Source: the human T2T-CHM13v2.0 reference genome, Homo sapiens. From it: 64,000 nucleotides of DNA. The position numbers and the translations under genes were made by a program. Positions 1-16,699 of the stretch are shown in pieces; position 1 is the first letter of the stretch; each line of letters starts with the position of its first letter. The stretch lies in NCBI RefSeq assembly GCF_009914755.1, contig NC_060926.1. One strand, 5' to 3'. Below the pieces are notes generated by a model, which worked only from the letters and a program-made list of their open reading frames with translations, made no database searches and had not been told where the DNA came from.

Positions 1-354
1 CTGGGAATTTTATTTGGCTCACAGTTCTGCAGGCTGTATAGGGAGCATGGCGCCAGCATCTGCTTCTGTGAATGCCACAGGAAGCTTCCACTCATGATGG
101 AAAAGGAGCAGCCATCATGTGGTGAGAAAGGAAGGAAGAGAGAGAGAGAGGAGGGAGGTGCCAGACTGTTTTTGACAATCAGCTCTGGTGGGAATGAATA
201 AAGCAAAAGCACTCATTCCCATGAGGACACCACCATGACATTCATCAGGAATCCACCCTCATGAACAAAACATGTCCCACTAAGCCCCATCTCCAATATG
301 GGGGATCAAATTAAAACACGAGATTTAAAGAGGACAAACACCCAAACTACATCA
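1..354 (-). mobile_element. MaLR LTR, MSTB-like (runs off window start)
   Basis: Contains 'tttatttggctcacagttctgcaggctg'. The right end reverse-complements to TGATGTAGTTTGGGTGTTTGTCC, the MST LTR 5' terminus. Confidence 0.85.
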
Positions 355-361
355 AGATCCC

Positions 362-480
362 AAATTTATTCCCATTTCACAGATGAGAAAATGGAGCATT
401 GGCATGTTTAAATACTTTATGGTCTAAGATTGAACATCATTGATGTGGCCAGGACATCTTTATGTTGAACAATTCTGACT
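362..480 (-). mobile_element. MIR SINE fragment
   Basis: MIR core 'attcccatttcacagatgagaaaatggag'. Confidence 0.6.
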
Positions 481-524
481 ACTAAGAGAAATCCTATGAC
501 ATTTTCTATTAAAACTTGTGTTTA

Positions 525-3905
<3,381 letters not shown>

Positions 3906-4024
3906 ACAACTAGTGTTTATATTTTCCCAGCATGAATCATTGTTTGATTTTACTTCCTTGTTGCCTGCCTGCTTGGCTACCACAAGCATCAGAATTTTTA
4001 GAGGAAGAGGTTTGTCAGTTTATC

Positions 4025-4110
4025 TCAACACCTTGGCCAGTATCTAGCACAACAAATGCTCAGTGAGTATGGACTGAATCAATGACTAATGAATTAATGA
4101 ACAAACGAAG
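4025..4110 (+). mobile_element. L2 3' end fragment
   Basis: 'tatctagcaca...gctcagtgagtat' followed by a (TGAA)-like tail. Confidence 0.55.
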
Positions 4111-6084
4111 AAACGTGCTGAAAGCTGTGGAGGTAGTAAGGCTCACAGCTGACTCAAAGGCTAACACTGTTGAATGTTATGATAGCCATAAAAGTGTGGC
4201 AGCTACTCTATGCTGACCACTTCCAGCAGAATGACATCAGCATTTTCATTAAGTGTATCAGATACTTCTTACATTTAAAACCCACAGTCATAGACTGAAT
4301 CTTCACAATAGATAAAATCATACAGCACCTGGGGAGCATGCACTATAAGTAGAGACTATCCAAAAGTTCAAATGGTTTAGTTTACTTTCTTGTGGATTTT
4401 TGTTTCCTAGATTTTTCAGTTTTCCAAAACAATGCCTTAAAATTAGCTATTAATACAATTGTAATCCTACACCTTCCATCTGTACAATACTGTGTAGCTT
4501 CTAAAGCACATCCATTTGTATTCTCTAATCTAAGCCCATTACATTTCCTGCAACCAGAAACACAGATACCAGTTTACATGCAGGGAGGATAAGACTCCGG
4601 AACTTGAAATGACTTGGTTCTTAGCACATAGAGAGTAGCTGATCAGCTGTCCTGAGAGCCTGCTCCTTACTCTTGTCTTATTTTTGGCAGCTTCTCCAGT
4701 TCCATCGAGGGTTGGAAAAATATCCAGTAAGCCAAATCTTCGAGACCACCTGCCCTGAGCAAATGTCGAGCTGACATATGAGAATTGAACCTGAGCAGAG
4801 GTAGCCATTACTATGGCAACTCCCTCTGATTCATGTTTGGCTGTAACCCCAGACATATTGCTTTCACCTAAAATTCTCCTCTAAAAACAAAGGTTGAAGC
4901 CATGGTGATGGAGAGAGAGATGGCTGCCAAGACAGTGAGGGAGGGCTTTGCTCCTGTCCTTTATCATCCCTCAGCAAATACATAACCCAGGTCAGTGTCA
5001 CCTGCCATCCCTACTCAACTAAAGGGTACAGCCAATTTAGGAAACATGTAGAGTAACTCTCCAACATGCCGGGATGCAATTCCTGCCATTATATCTGTTT
5101 CGAGTTTGCTTTAGGTTGATTCTCTTGTTTAATCTTTTTTTGCTTTCTTCGTATCTCCTCTTTCTCCATACCTTCTCTCCTTTCTTTCATTTATTTTCAT
5201 TTTTTTCATTTCTTTCTTACAGTGGAGCTCACTTTTAGTGGAAAAAGATTTTGAGATGTATTAACTAATGGTTTATAAAATTGATAATCTATTCACTTGT
5301 GAGCTCCTATTTAAGTCTGAAAAACATACAAAATAAAACAGTATATTTTGTTAGAGTGGAGAATTGGTTTATTTTAGAGGTATTTTAGATTGCATGTTAT
5401 CACAGAAAATTAAACATTGATTTAAAAACAAATTATTTACCTTATAAATTTTAACAAACAAATATAAACATGTCTCTAGATAAGCGTATCTCTCTTGGCT
5501 AAAACTATAATATATAATACCAATGAGAGAAAGTTTATATTAAAAATAGGCATTATACATGTTCTTGTTAAGTCTTCAACACATCAAAATTATTATTTTT
5601 TTCCAATGATAAATAAGTAGTTAGAGGTCTTCAGGATTGAAGGTTTGAAAAATACTGTGCCAAAGCTTGTTCTAATTAACACTCTCAGCTCCTGTTAAAT
5701 TTGATAGAAGTTAAAATGTGAAAATTGAAAGAGAGAATATATCCATAGAGCATTCTCACAAACAGTAAAATTGCCAAAGAAGAAATCATAGCTGTGCTAT
5801 TTTTGATTTTTAAAAATATATTAGGCAGATTTGTTATTCCTTATCACCAAGGTACCTGACTACATTCAAAATGCTTAATGAAAAGATGAGTCTGTGTTGT
5901 ATTAACAAAAGAATTGTGTACAAGCATGTACTGTGGAAGAGATAAACAAATTACTTTCAGAAAGTGCTATGTCAAAGAGATTAATTCTGGCACAGATGCA
6001 CATGTTGGCACTAGCTATAGTACAAGTATTGTATAATTCTTTCAAAATTGCTACCATTCTATCAAATAAATAAATGCCATTTTT

Positions 6085-6260
6085 AAAAGGCTACATATTT
6101 TGAGTAAGACTTTGAATGTTTCTAGCATAAAGAAATGACAATCATTTAAGGTGATAGATATCCTAATTGCATTGACTTGATCTTTACAAATTATATAAAT
6201 ATGTTAAATTATTGCATGCACCTCAAAAATATGTATGTCTATTATATTTCAATAAAAAAT
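6085..6260 (+). mobile_element. L1MA-type 3' end fragment
   Basis: 'aaggtgatagatatcctaatt...gacttgatctttacaaatt...caataaaaa' matches L1MA 3'UTR ends. Confidence 0.75.
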
Positions 6261-6612
6261 AATGATGATAATAAATACTGGAAACAAAGGGTGCATTTAT
6301 TTATCTGGTCATTTATTTTTAAATTCATAGGTTATTGTGCATTTATACAGTATGTGGTACCACTGTCTTACGGTTTTTACGGGCCAAAATGGACAATTAT
6401 CAGCAATTCAGATGTTTCAACTTAATAAAGGGTCTATTATCAAGTAACATTAATGTTGATTAATTGTCCAATTAACATAGGTGACATAGGACAACCTTAG
6501 AAATCTAAATTGCAAAATAATGAGGCTTGAGTTACAATATTAAATGGGTTCCAACATGGAATTAAATCTTATACTCTAGTTACAAATTCTTGTATTGGCT
6601 ATTATCTACCTC

Positions 6613-6650
6613 TTGTTGTTGTTGTTGTTGTTGTTGTTGCTGTTGTTTTT
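6613..6650. repeat. (TTG)n microsatellite
   Basis: Directly visible. Confidence 0.95.
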
Positions 6651-7029
6651 GCCTTATCCAATCAATTTCATTTGTGGGTTAAAACATTTATAGGTATCCA
6701 TGTGATATCATGAACCTAATATTAGCTTTCTTTTAATCATGATGATGCCAGTTTCACATTGGTCACGTCTTCATAAAATTTCTGTGTCTTATTCATATGA
6801 TGATCTAATAAAAGTTTCCATGGGGGAAGTTATAATTTATGAGTTGTACTTTGCATGAAATGTCTTTATTTAGTGATTTTACCTGCCTACTTTGGTGTTG
6901 TACAAAAGGAATCTACAGAAATTTATACTAGAAATGAGAGAACTAAAATCTTACCATTGGGCTACTGGAAGAGATAAAACAACAGACATGGGGAAAAAAA
7001 AAGGAGTTGTAAGATAAGAACCCATCTTG

Positions 7030-7460
7030 CCACAATATTATGGAGGAAAAGAGATTTACTGGGTGTTCTCTGAAGCTCCCTCACCCACCCAAACTCTACC
7101 CTCTCTCCCACAGTGTTCCCTGGTTTCCTGTGGGGATAAACCAATGGCAGGCAGAAGCAAGAGGCTTAAAATTGGTAATGGGGGTGAAGGTGAGGAAATT
7201 TCCCCTCCACACACACCCTGCTGCTAGTCCTATCCAGTCTTGATGCACATAGGTAGTGTCCTTTCTCCTCTATGTTCCAGCTTCAGGTGAGGGACCCATC
7301 TTCCATTGTTTTAACTCTTGTCAGATTCCAGTAACACTTTTCCCTCCCCTTCATTCAGCCCTAGTGATGACAATGGCTTCGTAATACTACTAGTGTCTGA
7401 GTGCATCACCATCCCTTGTCAGTTTTCTTCCCCCTGCTTATGTCTGTAATTTAGATTCTA
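7030..7460 (+). mobile_element. ERVL LTR, LTR33-like
   Basis: 'ccctagtgatgacaatggcttc...ctagtgtctgagtgcatcaccatcccttgtcagttttc' resembles the LTR33 3' part. Confidence 0.65.
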
Positions 7461-7869
7461 ATAATATTAAATATATAAATGCACATTAACCTATGAATTT
7501 AAAAATAAATGACCAGATAATTAATTTAGAGTATAACTGAAAGTTAAACTCCGGTGATGCTATTTGTTTATTTAAAAGATCTTGATAATCACAAAAGCAC
7601 AACACTTTTGTTTAAGTTTCTGATACTGTTTGTAATATTTACAATACAGTAAATAAGTAGGCAAATGAACAAAAGATATATACACTAAAAAACAGACTTC
7701 ACAAATAGTTATGAAGAGCTCTGGAAATTCCTTAATCAACCAACCAGGAAGATTTCAAAGCAGTGTTTTTATTGTATTAGTTATCAGACTGATTTTTTTG
7801 CAACAAGATAAATCAAGAAGTTATTACAAAGGGGAAATTTGATTGGAGTGTCTTCATGCATTCAAAAAA

Positions 7870-9500
7870 TAACTAGTGATACAGCTATAAATGAGGCAAG
7901 TAATGCCTGGTCTCAGCTGTAAATAAAGCAGATAATGCCCGGCCTCATCCTGCTAGCAAAATAGTCTATAAACAAATAATTACACTAAGAATTACATATA
8001 TGTCAATTGTTGTATTACAAAATGGAAATATGAGACTATTTTGATTCAAAGGAAACGATTTGTAAGTGAGGAACTGAAACATGAGTTATCTAGGTGAAGA
8101 TGCAGGTTAAAAATCTGCCTAGGCAGGACAGGTCAGACGTGCATGAGGGCTCCATGGTGTGAAGGGGCACAGAAAAATTGAAAAATCAAAAGGAGTCCAG
8201 GGTGACTATATGACAGAGAATAGGGTGAGGAATGATGAGAAATTAGGTTGGCAAGAACAATACAAATGATGTAATTTCAATACCTGCAGTCTATGTTAAG
8301 GATTTTAAAGGCTTTTCTAGGAGCAATGAGGAACTCCATTGAACAGCAGAAGAAGAATGACATGATAAAAGTTTGTTTTTGTAAGGACAACTCTAACTGC
8401 TTACAGAAGAAAAAAATAGAGGTAGAGGTTGAGGGAGCAACACTGGATAAGAGGAAAACAAGTGAAAGACATTGTTAATTTAGAATACGATGTTACATAT
8501 GAAGAGAGGTAAGCAAAATTGAAAGAATGGTGATTAATACAATGCAGATGCGGGGAGAGGGAGGTAGTAAGTTTGATAACCAGAATTCTACATTGAGCCA
8601 AATGCTGGTTGATGGTGTCATTTATTGAGATGGAGAATCCTAGGAAAAGATCAGTTTTGTGAAGAAAAATAAATAATTTGGTTTTGAATAGTTGAGTTTG
8701 AAGCTATTAATACACGGATCAAGTCAGCAGTTGAGTTTGAGGGATGAAAGAATAAAATCTTGCCTGGAATGAGCACTAGAGAGAGAGGTCAAGCTTGGGA
8801 TGGAAATGTCAGCATTTGAAAATTGGTTCTAAAAGAAAGAGATGGCAAAGGAGACTGTCACGGAGTGACCAGTGTGGTAAATGAAAATCAGAACATTCCG
8901 GCGTCAGTGAAGTCAAAGCAAGATACTGTTTCAAGGAAAATCAAATGCATTCAATGTGATTGGGATGTTACTTAGAAAATAATGGAAGATCATGTTTTAG
9001 ATTTTGTGATACTGAGGTTGTAGGTGGCATTAGCATGGACAGTGTTGGAGTGGAAAAGTGGAGACAATGTGCCTGGACAACTCATAAGAACTTTGAGTGG
9101 GAAAGGAAGGAGTGTAAAAGGCAGGAGTAGGAAGAGATTCAAATCAAGGAAAGGCTTTTTTATTTTAAGATGAGAGAAGCAAATTTAGCTGAGATAAGAA
9201 AGGTCAGGTAGAGAGTCACAAGTTGAAGACACAGAAGACAGAATATAAAAATCTAGTGCAAGAGGAAGAGAAGGACATGAACAGAGTTTAAGGAACTGGG
9301 CTTGAATAAATAAATGTCTATCACTTCCATTTAGCAGGCAGGCAAATTTGATTTCAGAAACTGAAAGCCTTTCTCCCTGATGATTTACACTTTCTTTGTA
9401 CAGCAAGAAGCAGTTATCTACTGACGGTGAAAAGGGGAGGAAGCCTAGAGGTTTGACAATACTGTGGAATATTGAAATAGACATTTATGTTAAATGGAAC
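7870..9500 (-). mobile_element. L2 LINE fragments
   Basis: Purine-rich antisense L2 motifs, e.g. 'gatggtgtcatttattgagatggagaa...gttttgaatagttgagtttgaag'. Confidence 0.75.
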
Positions 9501-9712
9501 CACAAGCCAGTTCAAAAAAGTAGTAAGATTGACAAACAATTTTGAAGGTGCATGTAACACTGGTAATCATAAATTTAGAGGTATCAACTGCTAAATTTTA
9601 CATAATACCTCTTCAACCAAGTACAGTGTGTCTGACAATGGAGCATGATTTGCTGGATGACAAAGAACATCTCATCTCTTGCTATATCTCCAAGAAACTT
9701 TGTGTATAGCCC

Positions 9713-9832
9713 TGAGTCTTAGTCAGTTCAGACTGCTAGAATAAGATACATTAAATTGGATAATTTGTAAACAACAGAAATTTATTGCTCACAGTTCTGG
9801 AGGCTGGGAAATCCAAGGTCAAGGCACCAGCA
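9713..9832 (-). mobile_element. MaLR LTR fragment (MSTD/MLT1A-like)
   Basis: 'aacaacagaaatttattgctcacagttctggaggctgggaaatccaaggtcaaggcaccagca'. Confidence 0.8.
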
Positions 9833-10104
9833 ACCTTGAGAACCAATTAAATTTGTCACAAGGGATATGGGTGAGAAAAATAACCACCATTACACATTTT
9901 AGTAGTACAGGTCCTAAAAACGTAGCATGCTATTATTAATCTAGAACTAGAACATTTAGAGTAAACCTTTACATTCTTCAATTATATATATTGGAATATT
10001 ACATGTATTTTTAAATTCAGAAGTTACTCTGTGGAAAAAAATCTATAGACATGAAAAGGAGGTGAGAGAATCAAAGATCTAGGCTGGAAATCTGGATTCT
10101 GGGT

Positions 10105-10217
10105 CAGATTATCAATCATCCTGGTTTGTCCAGGCATAAAAAAAGATTCTGAGAATGTAGGGCTTTCAGCACTAAAATGGGCAAGTCCCTGGAAAACTAG
10201 GACACATTGGCCATCCA
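10105..10217. mobile_element. hAT MITE, MER94-like (palindromic)
   Basis: 'atcctggtttgtccagg...ggctttcagcactaaaa...gtccctggaaaactaggac' with inverted arms. Confidence 0.7.
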
Positions 10218-10261
10218 CAGATGCAGATGATTTTGTTCATTCTTAACCAACACAGCCCAAG

Positions 10262-10633
10262 TGACATGGTTTGGCTGTGTCTCCACCCAAACTGCATCTT
10301 GAATTGTAGTTCCCATAATCCCCATGTATCATGGAAGGGACTTGGTGGGAGGTAATTGAATCATAGGGATGGTTACCTCCATACTTTTCTCGTTATAGTG
10401 AGTTCTCATGAGATCTGATGGTTTTATAAGGGATTTTCCCCACCCCATCACTCTGCACTTCTCTCTCCTGCCACCATGTGAAGAAGGACTTGTTTTCTTC
10501 CCCTTCTGCCATGATTGTAATCTTCTCAAGGCCTCCCTAGCCATGCTGTACTGAGTCAATTAAACCTCTTTCCTTCGTAAACTACCCAGTCTTGAGTATG
10601 TCTTTATTAGCAGTGTGAGAGCAGACTAATACA
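10262..10633 (+). mobile_element. THE1 solo LTR (THE1C-like), followed by (CA)n
   Basis: Starts TGACATGGTTTGGCTGTGTC and ends GCAGACTAATACA. Confidence 0.92.
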
Positions 10634-12419
10634 CACACACACACACAAAAAAACAGGTTCTGTCTGCATAATCAAATGTATGCCAAGGAATCATTTTAAG
10701 TAATAATGACTAAAATTTGTTGTAACTTTACTCTGTGATAGGCAGAGAGATGAACATTGTCATATGTAATACTGTCTTTAAATTTATCCTTGTTTTAAAA
10801 ATCTTCCAGAACACAAGAGGATGTTTGGGTTTGTGCCAAAGACTAGTTAGTTTAAATGAGGACAAAAAGACAGTAGAGGATATCATGTTCCTAATTAATT
10901 CTTGTCCTTTTAACATTTTTTTCAACTAACACAGCCTCGATCTCATGTATATTTTGAAAGACTTGTTATTAGTGTTCAAGTTTGAACTGAACAACCATTT
11001 TTTGGGCTATGTGGATTTATACATCAGGTAAGAGTACAGATGGATGACTACTAATAACCTTTCCAATTAGATTTTCTATAAGCCTATGAATTTCTCAATG
11101 TATACAAACTCTGAATTTTAAAAACATCATTTTCAATTCTATACATAATGTAACCCCAGAATTAAGCCTTAACTGGCATTTATGAATTGGACTAGAGCAT
11201 TGCATTTATTTCTACATTGTATTTATTTTGACAGAAGCAAGTATTTGAAGTGTTGGAAAGGCTTGGGAAGTCTGTAAAATGAGAAGAGCTGTTTTTTACC
11301 CCCAGATAAAATATGGATTTTCTTTTAAAGTAAGACCAACAAAAAGGAAACACCATCTGTGAAATTTTAAAATCAGGTATTTATCATTGTGCTTCAAAAG
11401 TATAAAGGCAACCCAGATGGATGATTCACTGGGACAGCATCACTGAAGGCAATGAGGTCCAATACTGAATACACCTGCTGTAAGTAAAAGTGGAAGGGAA
11501 GACTTTTTAAAAATCTGGTATTTGAGTATTATCCAGCAATATGATGATAAAAATATCTGGAGACTTTTCCATATAGCCCAATTTGACTAAAGATGGAGAG
11601 TTCGACTTCATTTTATTTCAGTTTGTATGATGTGTCCACCCTTGACATCACCAAAGTCACAATTCTAGCTGCAATATTTCAGTCAAATGGTATGATTCGC
11701 TAAATAAAAGCAAACAGGGAGCTAAAAATTTTTTACTTAATCATTCAAAGATTAAACTCATCTATCACCCAGTGGAATCAATCGCTTTATGCATGCAAAT
11801 GTAGCTTTTATTTATAAAATTCTCAAAGAGAATTGAGGTTACATGAAGAAAAAAGATGGCAACTTTGATTAAACATCGTCAAGAAAAATGAAACTTTTAA
11901 GATGAGCAATGAGCCAAATTATTAAGAGTAGGAGGTGGGACAGGAGGAAGAGATAAATTGATTTTAACTTCCAACTCTGATTTGACTCTGATTTTGGGCA
12001 CTTACTATTTTTCACACCCCTTTCCTTTTCCTACCATATGGAAATTAGAAGGAAAAGACAATTAGGATGATAGGAGAGAAGAGACAAGGTGCTTTAGAGA
12101 AAGAAGGAGAAATAAAGTTAGAACCTTGTCCAGGAGCTCTCTCCCAACATGAAAACTGAAAGAGCAATATTTTGTCCAAGGAAACTGGGCATTTCCTCAG
12201 CTTGTTCCTCCCTGGTTATTTTACTGCTAGCACTTCAGTCACCACTGTCACCATCTGGAGTCAGTCCATCACTTGGTTTCCCCCCACCGAGGAATATGCT
12301 AAGCTATCAGGAAGTTCACCAGCAAGGCTCATCTGCCTCCCTCCATGTTGGATGTAGACAATTTGGAAAGCTGTGATAGAATTGCATTCTCAGTTTTGTT
12401 CCTGAAAATTCTTCAAATT

Positions 12420-12705
12420 ACAGTTTACCTGCATCTTCATCTCCTTACCTTGCTTCAGATTATTGCAAAATTTTCAGGAAAGTCTTTTCTGACTGACCCA
12501 TTTAAAACAGCAGCACCAGCCTGCACTCCGTGCTCTCCTACCTTGTTCTCTTCTCACACTCATCATCAGTTAATGTAGCATGTAGTTTACATATTTGTCT
12601 TACCTATTATCTGACTCTCCCTACTCTACCCATTTCCATTAAAATCTGTGAAGCGGAATTTTCTGCTGTTTTGTTCCTTGTTGTGTCTGCATTCCTGGTA
12701 CACTC
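12420..12705 (+). mobile_element. L2a fragment
   Basis: 'tcttttctgactgacccatttaaaacagca...gttttgttccttgttgtgtctgcattcctggtacac'. Confidence 0.7.
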
Positions 12706-12824
12706 CTTTGTCTTGATCACTATACCTGGTTACATCAAAATGTCCCACTTTGCCTGTATTTCTTTGAGGACAAGATATGATATAATGGTTAATTTAGGGT
12801 TCATGTGACAGAAGGGCTTACTGT

Positions 12825-12980
12825 GGATTTGGAGGCTGAAGATGGGAGTTTGTATCATGGTCACACTACAACTTGAGATTTGGACACTGATCCTCAGTTT
12901 CCTTCCCTGTAAAGTGAGAATTAAAATAATACTATTTTTCAGTGTTATTGTAAATAGTCAATAATTAATGTGAAAAAAAT
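12825..12980 (+). mobile_element. MIR
   Basis: Core 'cctcagtttccttccctgtaaagtgagaat'. Confidence 0.7.
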
Positions 12981-12985
12981 GTATA

Positions 12986-13426
12986 CAGTTGACTCTTGAA
13001 CAACATGAGTTTGAAATATGCAGGTCCCCTTATCTATGGACTTTCTTCTACCTCTGCCATTCCTAAGACAGCAAGACCAACCCCTCTCCTTTGTCTCCTC
13101 CTCCTCCTTGGACTACTCAGCGTGAAGATGATGAAGATAAAGACTTTTAAGATGATCTACTTTCACTTAATAAATAGCAAATATGTTTTCTTTTCTTTAT
13201 AATTTTCTTAATATTTTCTTTTCTCCAGCTTATTGTGAGAATATAGTATGTAATACATAAAACCTACAAAATATATGTTAATAAGATTTTTATGTTATCT
13301 GTAAGGCTTCTAATCAACAGTAGGCTATTAGTAGTTAAGTTTTCAGGGAGTCCAAAATTATACATGAATCTTCTACCATGCAAGGGGTTGGCACCCCCAA
13401 CCCCTGCATTGTTTAAGAGTCAATTA
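12986..13426 (+). mobile_element. TcMar-Tigger MITE, Tigger2a/MER28-like
   Basis: Preceded by TA. TIRs cagttgactcttgaacaa ... ttgtttaagagtcaatta; ~440 bp. Confidence 0.88.
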
Positions 13427-14489
13427 TTCATAGTAAAATATTAAAGAGATATTGATTATTACTATTAAAAAGAAAATCTGGCCACTTTATCTGAATTAGC
13501 AAGGAGCAGAATGAGGCCTGAAAATGATATTAAGACATTTGTACTACCTGGATATAATCTATATTACTAATTGGCTAGACATGTGAAAGGATTTAAATGA
13601 TTTACTTATATTTCCAGGTAGTTCTTTCTTGAGTCTCTAAGTTTAGAGACTTAGTTGGTCATTTTAGCTGAATTATAATAGCATCTATCTTTTCTACACG
13701 TTATGATGAACTAAAATTTCATCACAACCTTATATGCAGTATGCATTGTTCATATCATGCAACCTATTCTTTAGCAAAAACACTTAACTTTAAAATTTGA
13801 AGAAGGAAACCATTCTTCTCTTTGGTATGTTTATTGTCACTTGGGAAAATTGATGTGGTAAGTTTATTGTTTGGAGAGAAAATTGTTGACTCCATAAAAT
13901 AGCCTACTTTTCATACCATTGGTATAGCACTTCATTTTAGAAATGTGGTTTTTTAACATTATAGGAGCATGAAAAGGAGGTAATTTTAGTAACCACTTAA
14001 GAATCATGAACTCAAAGGACATCTAAGAAGTGTTTAAGGAACAAAAGAGGTGAAAATGAGAGGGGAATGGCTGGATTTTTTTCCTTCTTATTTAAAGTCC
14101 TTCCGATTTCACTTCTTTCTTGATTCGGATTCATTGTATAGCATTAACTCTGAGGCTAAGCAAAAATGTTTAGGCTGTAGGAAAAGCTGCAACAAGCTGA
14201 TAGGCATATGTGTGTACACTCTTATACCTAAGAAAAAATTCAGAGCCATTGGCTTTTATTAATCTCGGTGATCACTCTTTAAGTCCCTCCCTCAAAACCT
14301 AACACAAACCAAGAGTGTCTTGCTGGAGCTGATACCGCTGCCAATGACTGCATGTGTTCTTGCCTGATTCTTGCTATTATTTTAGTCACTCTTCTTGCTT
14401 TGGGGACCCTTCTCAAAAAGCTGATAGAGGCTTCAAATTTCATCTGATTGTATTAATCTGACTGGATGTAGAATGACTGACAGAAAAGC

Positions 14490-14645
14490 AACCATAGGTA
14501 ATGTAGGATACATAGAGGTCAACTGATCTAATTTGCTCACTTTACATAAAAGGAAACAGAGGTCCAAGGATTGGCTCAGGAAGTGAGAAATGAAGATGAA
14601 ATGAAGTGTGAAGTCTCTACGCCAAGCTTAAAGATCTTTCCATAT
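14490..14645 (-). mobile_element. MIR fragment
   Basis: 'ctcactttacataaaaggaaacagaggtcca'. Confidence 0.55.
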
Positions 14646-14924
14646 AATATTCTCCTCTACCTGAAGTGTTCTTTTTAAACTATTTGAATATTTTTAACTA
14701 TTAGATTACAGCAACAAACCAATTCATTACATATCCATCAAATAATGCAAGGGCAAGCTACAGAATTAGAGCAATTGAGGCAGATATTTCTGAAATGGGA
14801 AATTACACAGGAAGTGTTTAGACCACTGGCTGGCATTCACTAGTTACTTTGTGAGTAATAATTTACATACATTTATTCAGCACTAAGATTCCCTGAGTAA
14901 CAAGATCTGAGGTATTTGTGAACT

Positions 14925-15085
14925 ATCTTAGAATTGGACAACATGAATTATTTATATAGCCACATTAGCACCTGTGACATTAGAAAATCTATACAATTTC
15001 TGACTCACTTTCTTCATCTATGAAAAGGGAAACCCAATATTAATCCATGTTTCACAATACTTAGAAATTAATAGATCCCCATAAA
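14925..15085 (+). mobile_element. MIR fragment
   Basis: 'ctgtgacattagaaaatc...ctcactttcttcatctatgaaaaggg'. Confidence 0.6.
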
Positions 15086-15199
15086 TGGTGGTTTTCATCA
15101 TTAAAATCTCTAGTATCCTCATCATGATAGCAGCTAATGACTCAATGCTATAATCCACCTTTGAGAAGCTGAGGTAGTCTGAGATTGACAACTATCTGG

Positions 15200-15587
15200 C
15201 TTCTCATGAGCTCTTAGCACAGGCAAAGATTCTATTTTCCTGACCCTCTGGAAGTTAAGCTTGGCCATGAAACTTTACTCTGGCCACGGAACTTTCCTCT
15301 GGGCACTGACATAGGGGCAGAAGTGATTCATGTCATTCCTGGGTGGAAGCACATAAGAACCACTGCATGATTCTTTACCCTCCCTTTCTTCTGAAGTGTT
15401 GACAGCCATTCTGTGTGTTCACAGCTTACATCAGCCTCGGCCCCTCAGCAACAACCGTGTGGAGCAGAGCACCCTGCCAGTGCAAAATGGACATGTATCA
15501 TGAGCAAAAATAAGCCTGTCTTGTTTTCTGCCTCTGAAATTTATTTTCTCTTATTGCACTTTAACCTGGACTATCATGATTAACACA
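15200..15587 (+). mobile_element. MLT1I/J-like MaLR LTR, with an internal 19-bp tandem duplication at ~15263-15303
   Basis: 'gcagaagtgattcatgtcattcctgggtggaagc'; ends 'actatcatgattaacaca'. Confidence 0.75.
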
Positions 15588-16199
15588 AGAAGAAATTTCA
15601 AAGTTAAGTCTTCACAACTATTTACCCAATATCACCCACATAAATCATTACTATTGAACTTTTGCTACAATTCCATGTAACATTAAATCTGCCCCTTAAA
15701 TAAATCAATGAATTCATTCAATAATATTTTCTGAGAGCACCTGTGTATACAGCACTCCATATTCCCTAATCTGTAAGACAGTGACTTACACATGGCAGCC
15801 ATCCAATAGATGCTTGTTACATTGAATTGTTGAAGTAGGTCATGCCATGAATACTTCAAAGACTACATATTATTCTGTTTCATTTAGGATAACTCTTAGC
15901 CAGATCTTGAGCTCTAGAAAAAGGAGACAGACATCTAACAACCTGAAATGGTTAGGCACAGTTGCACCTGTAAACAGAAAGGTGCCACTGATGTCATGAG
16001 AATTCCCCTTTGTAAACTTTGAGGTCTGTAGATGGTTGGGCTGAATTCAAAGTTAACATAGAAAATTATATAAGGCAGATAAATCTGAGAACACAGTTTT
16101 CAATTTATGTTTAACTCTTTCCTGACCCTCTGTCACTTTCTACCTTCCTAGTCTTCCTCAAACTCTAGATATTTATGTAGTGGATTTCATCTGTCAGCC

Positions 16200-16480
16200 A
16201 CAGGGCACTGTAGGTTTCCTTGTCCTTGATCGTGGATTCAAATCCATGCAGTTCAGCCCTAGCATTGGCCAATCAAAAGTTTCTACTAACATGACCTACA
16301 TGACTGATTCAGAAATAGTTAATTCAAGCAGAGTCAATCAGTCCTTGGATGCATGCTATAAAAATTAGGAAAAAGAAATTATCTTGCTACTGGGGGGGCT
16401 GAAGCCTAAGGCTTCGGCTGGCATCTTGCCACAGTGACACTATAGCTTGCCTAATGAGTCAACTAATGTGTGGAAATACA
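16200..16480 (+). mobile_element. MLT1J/K-like LTR fragment
   Basis: 'ccctagcattggccaatca...ggcatcttgccaca'. Confidence 0.5.
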
Positions 16481-16481
16481 T

Positions 16482-16484
16482 TGT

Positions 16485-16524
<40 letters not shown>
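16482..16524. repeat. Compound (TG)n(AG)n microsatellite
   Basis: Directly visible. Confidence 0.95.
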
Positions 16525-16699
16525 TCTTTTCAGTCTTCTCTCCCCTTTTCAGTTCACCAATTCATTTTCCAAACTTGGAGATCTGAAGGTTTGCCAAGTC
16601 TCCTTGCCCTACAATGTAAACCATTAAGTAATTTTTTCCGCAGTTCTCTTGAGAAGTAGGGTTACTCTTCCTGCTGCTTTTGCAGAACAGCAGGGAAGT

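Noticed and set aside
4539-4856. 105-aa minus-strand ORF
   Set aside because: No recognisable homology or domain pattern; the length is within chance expectation.
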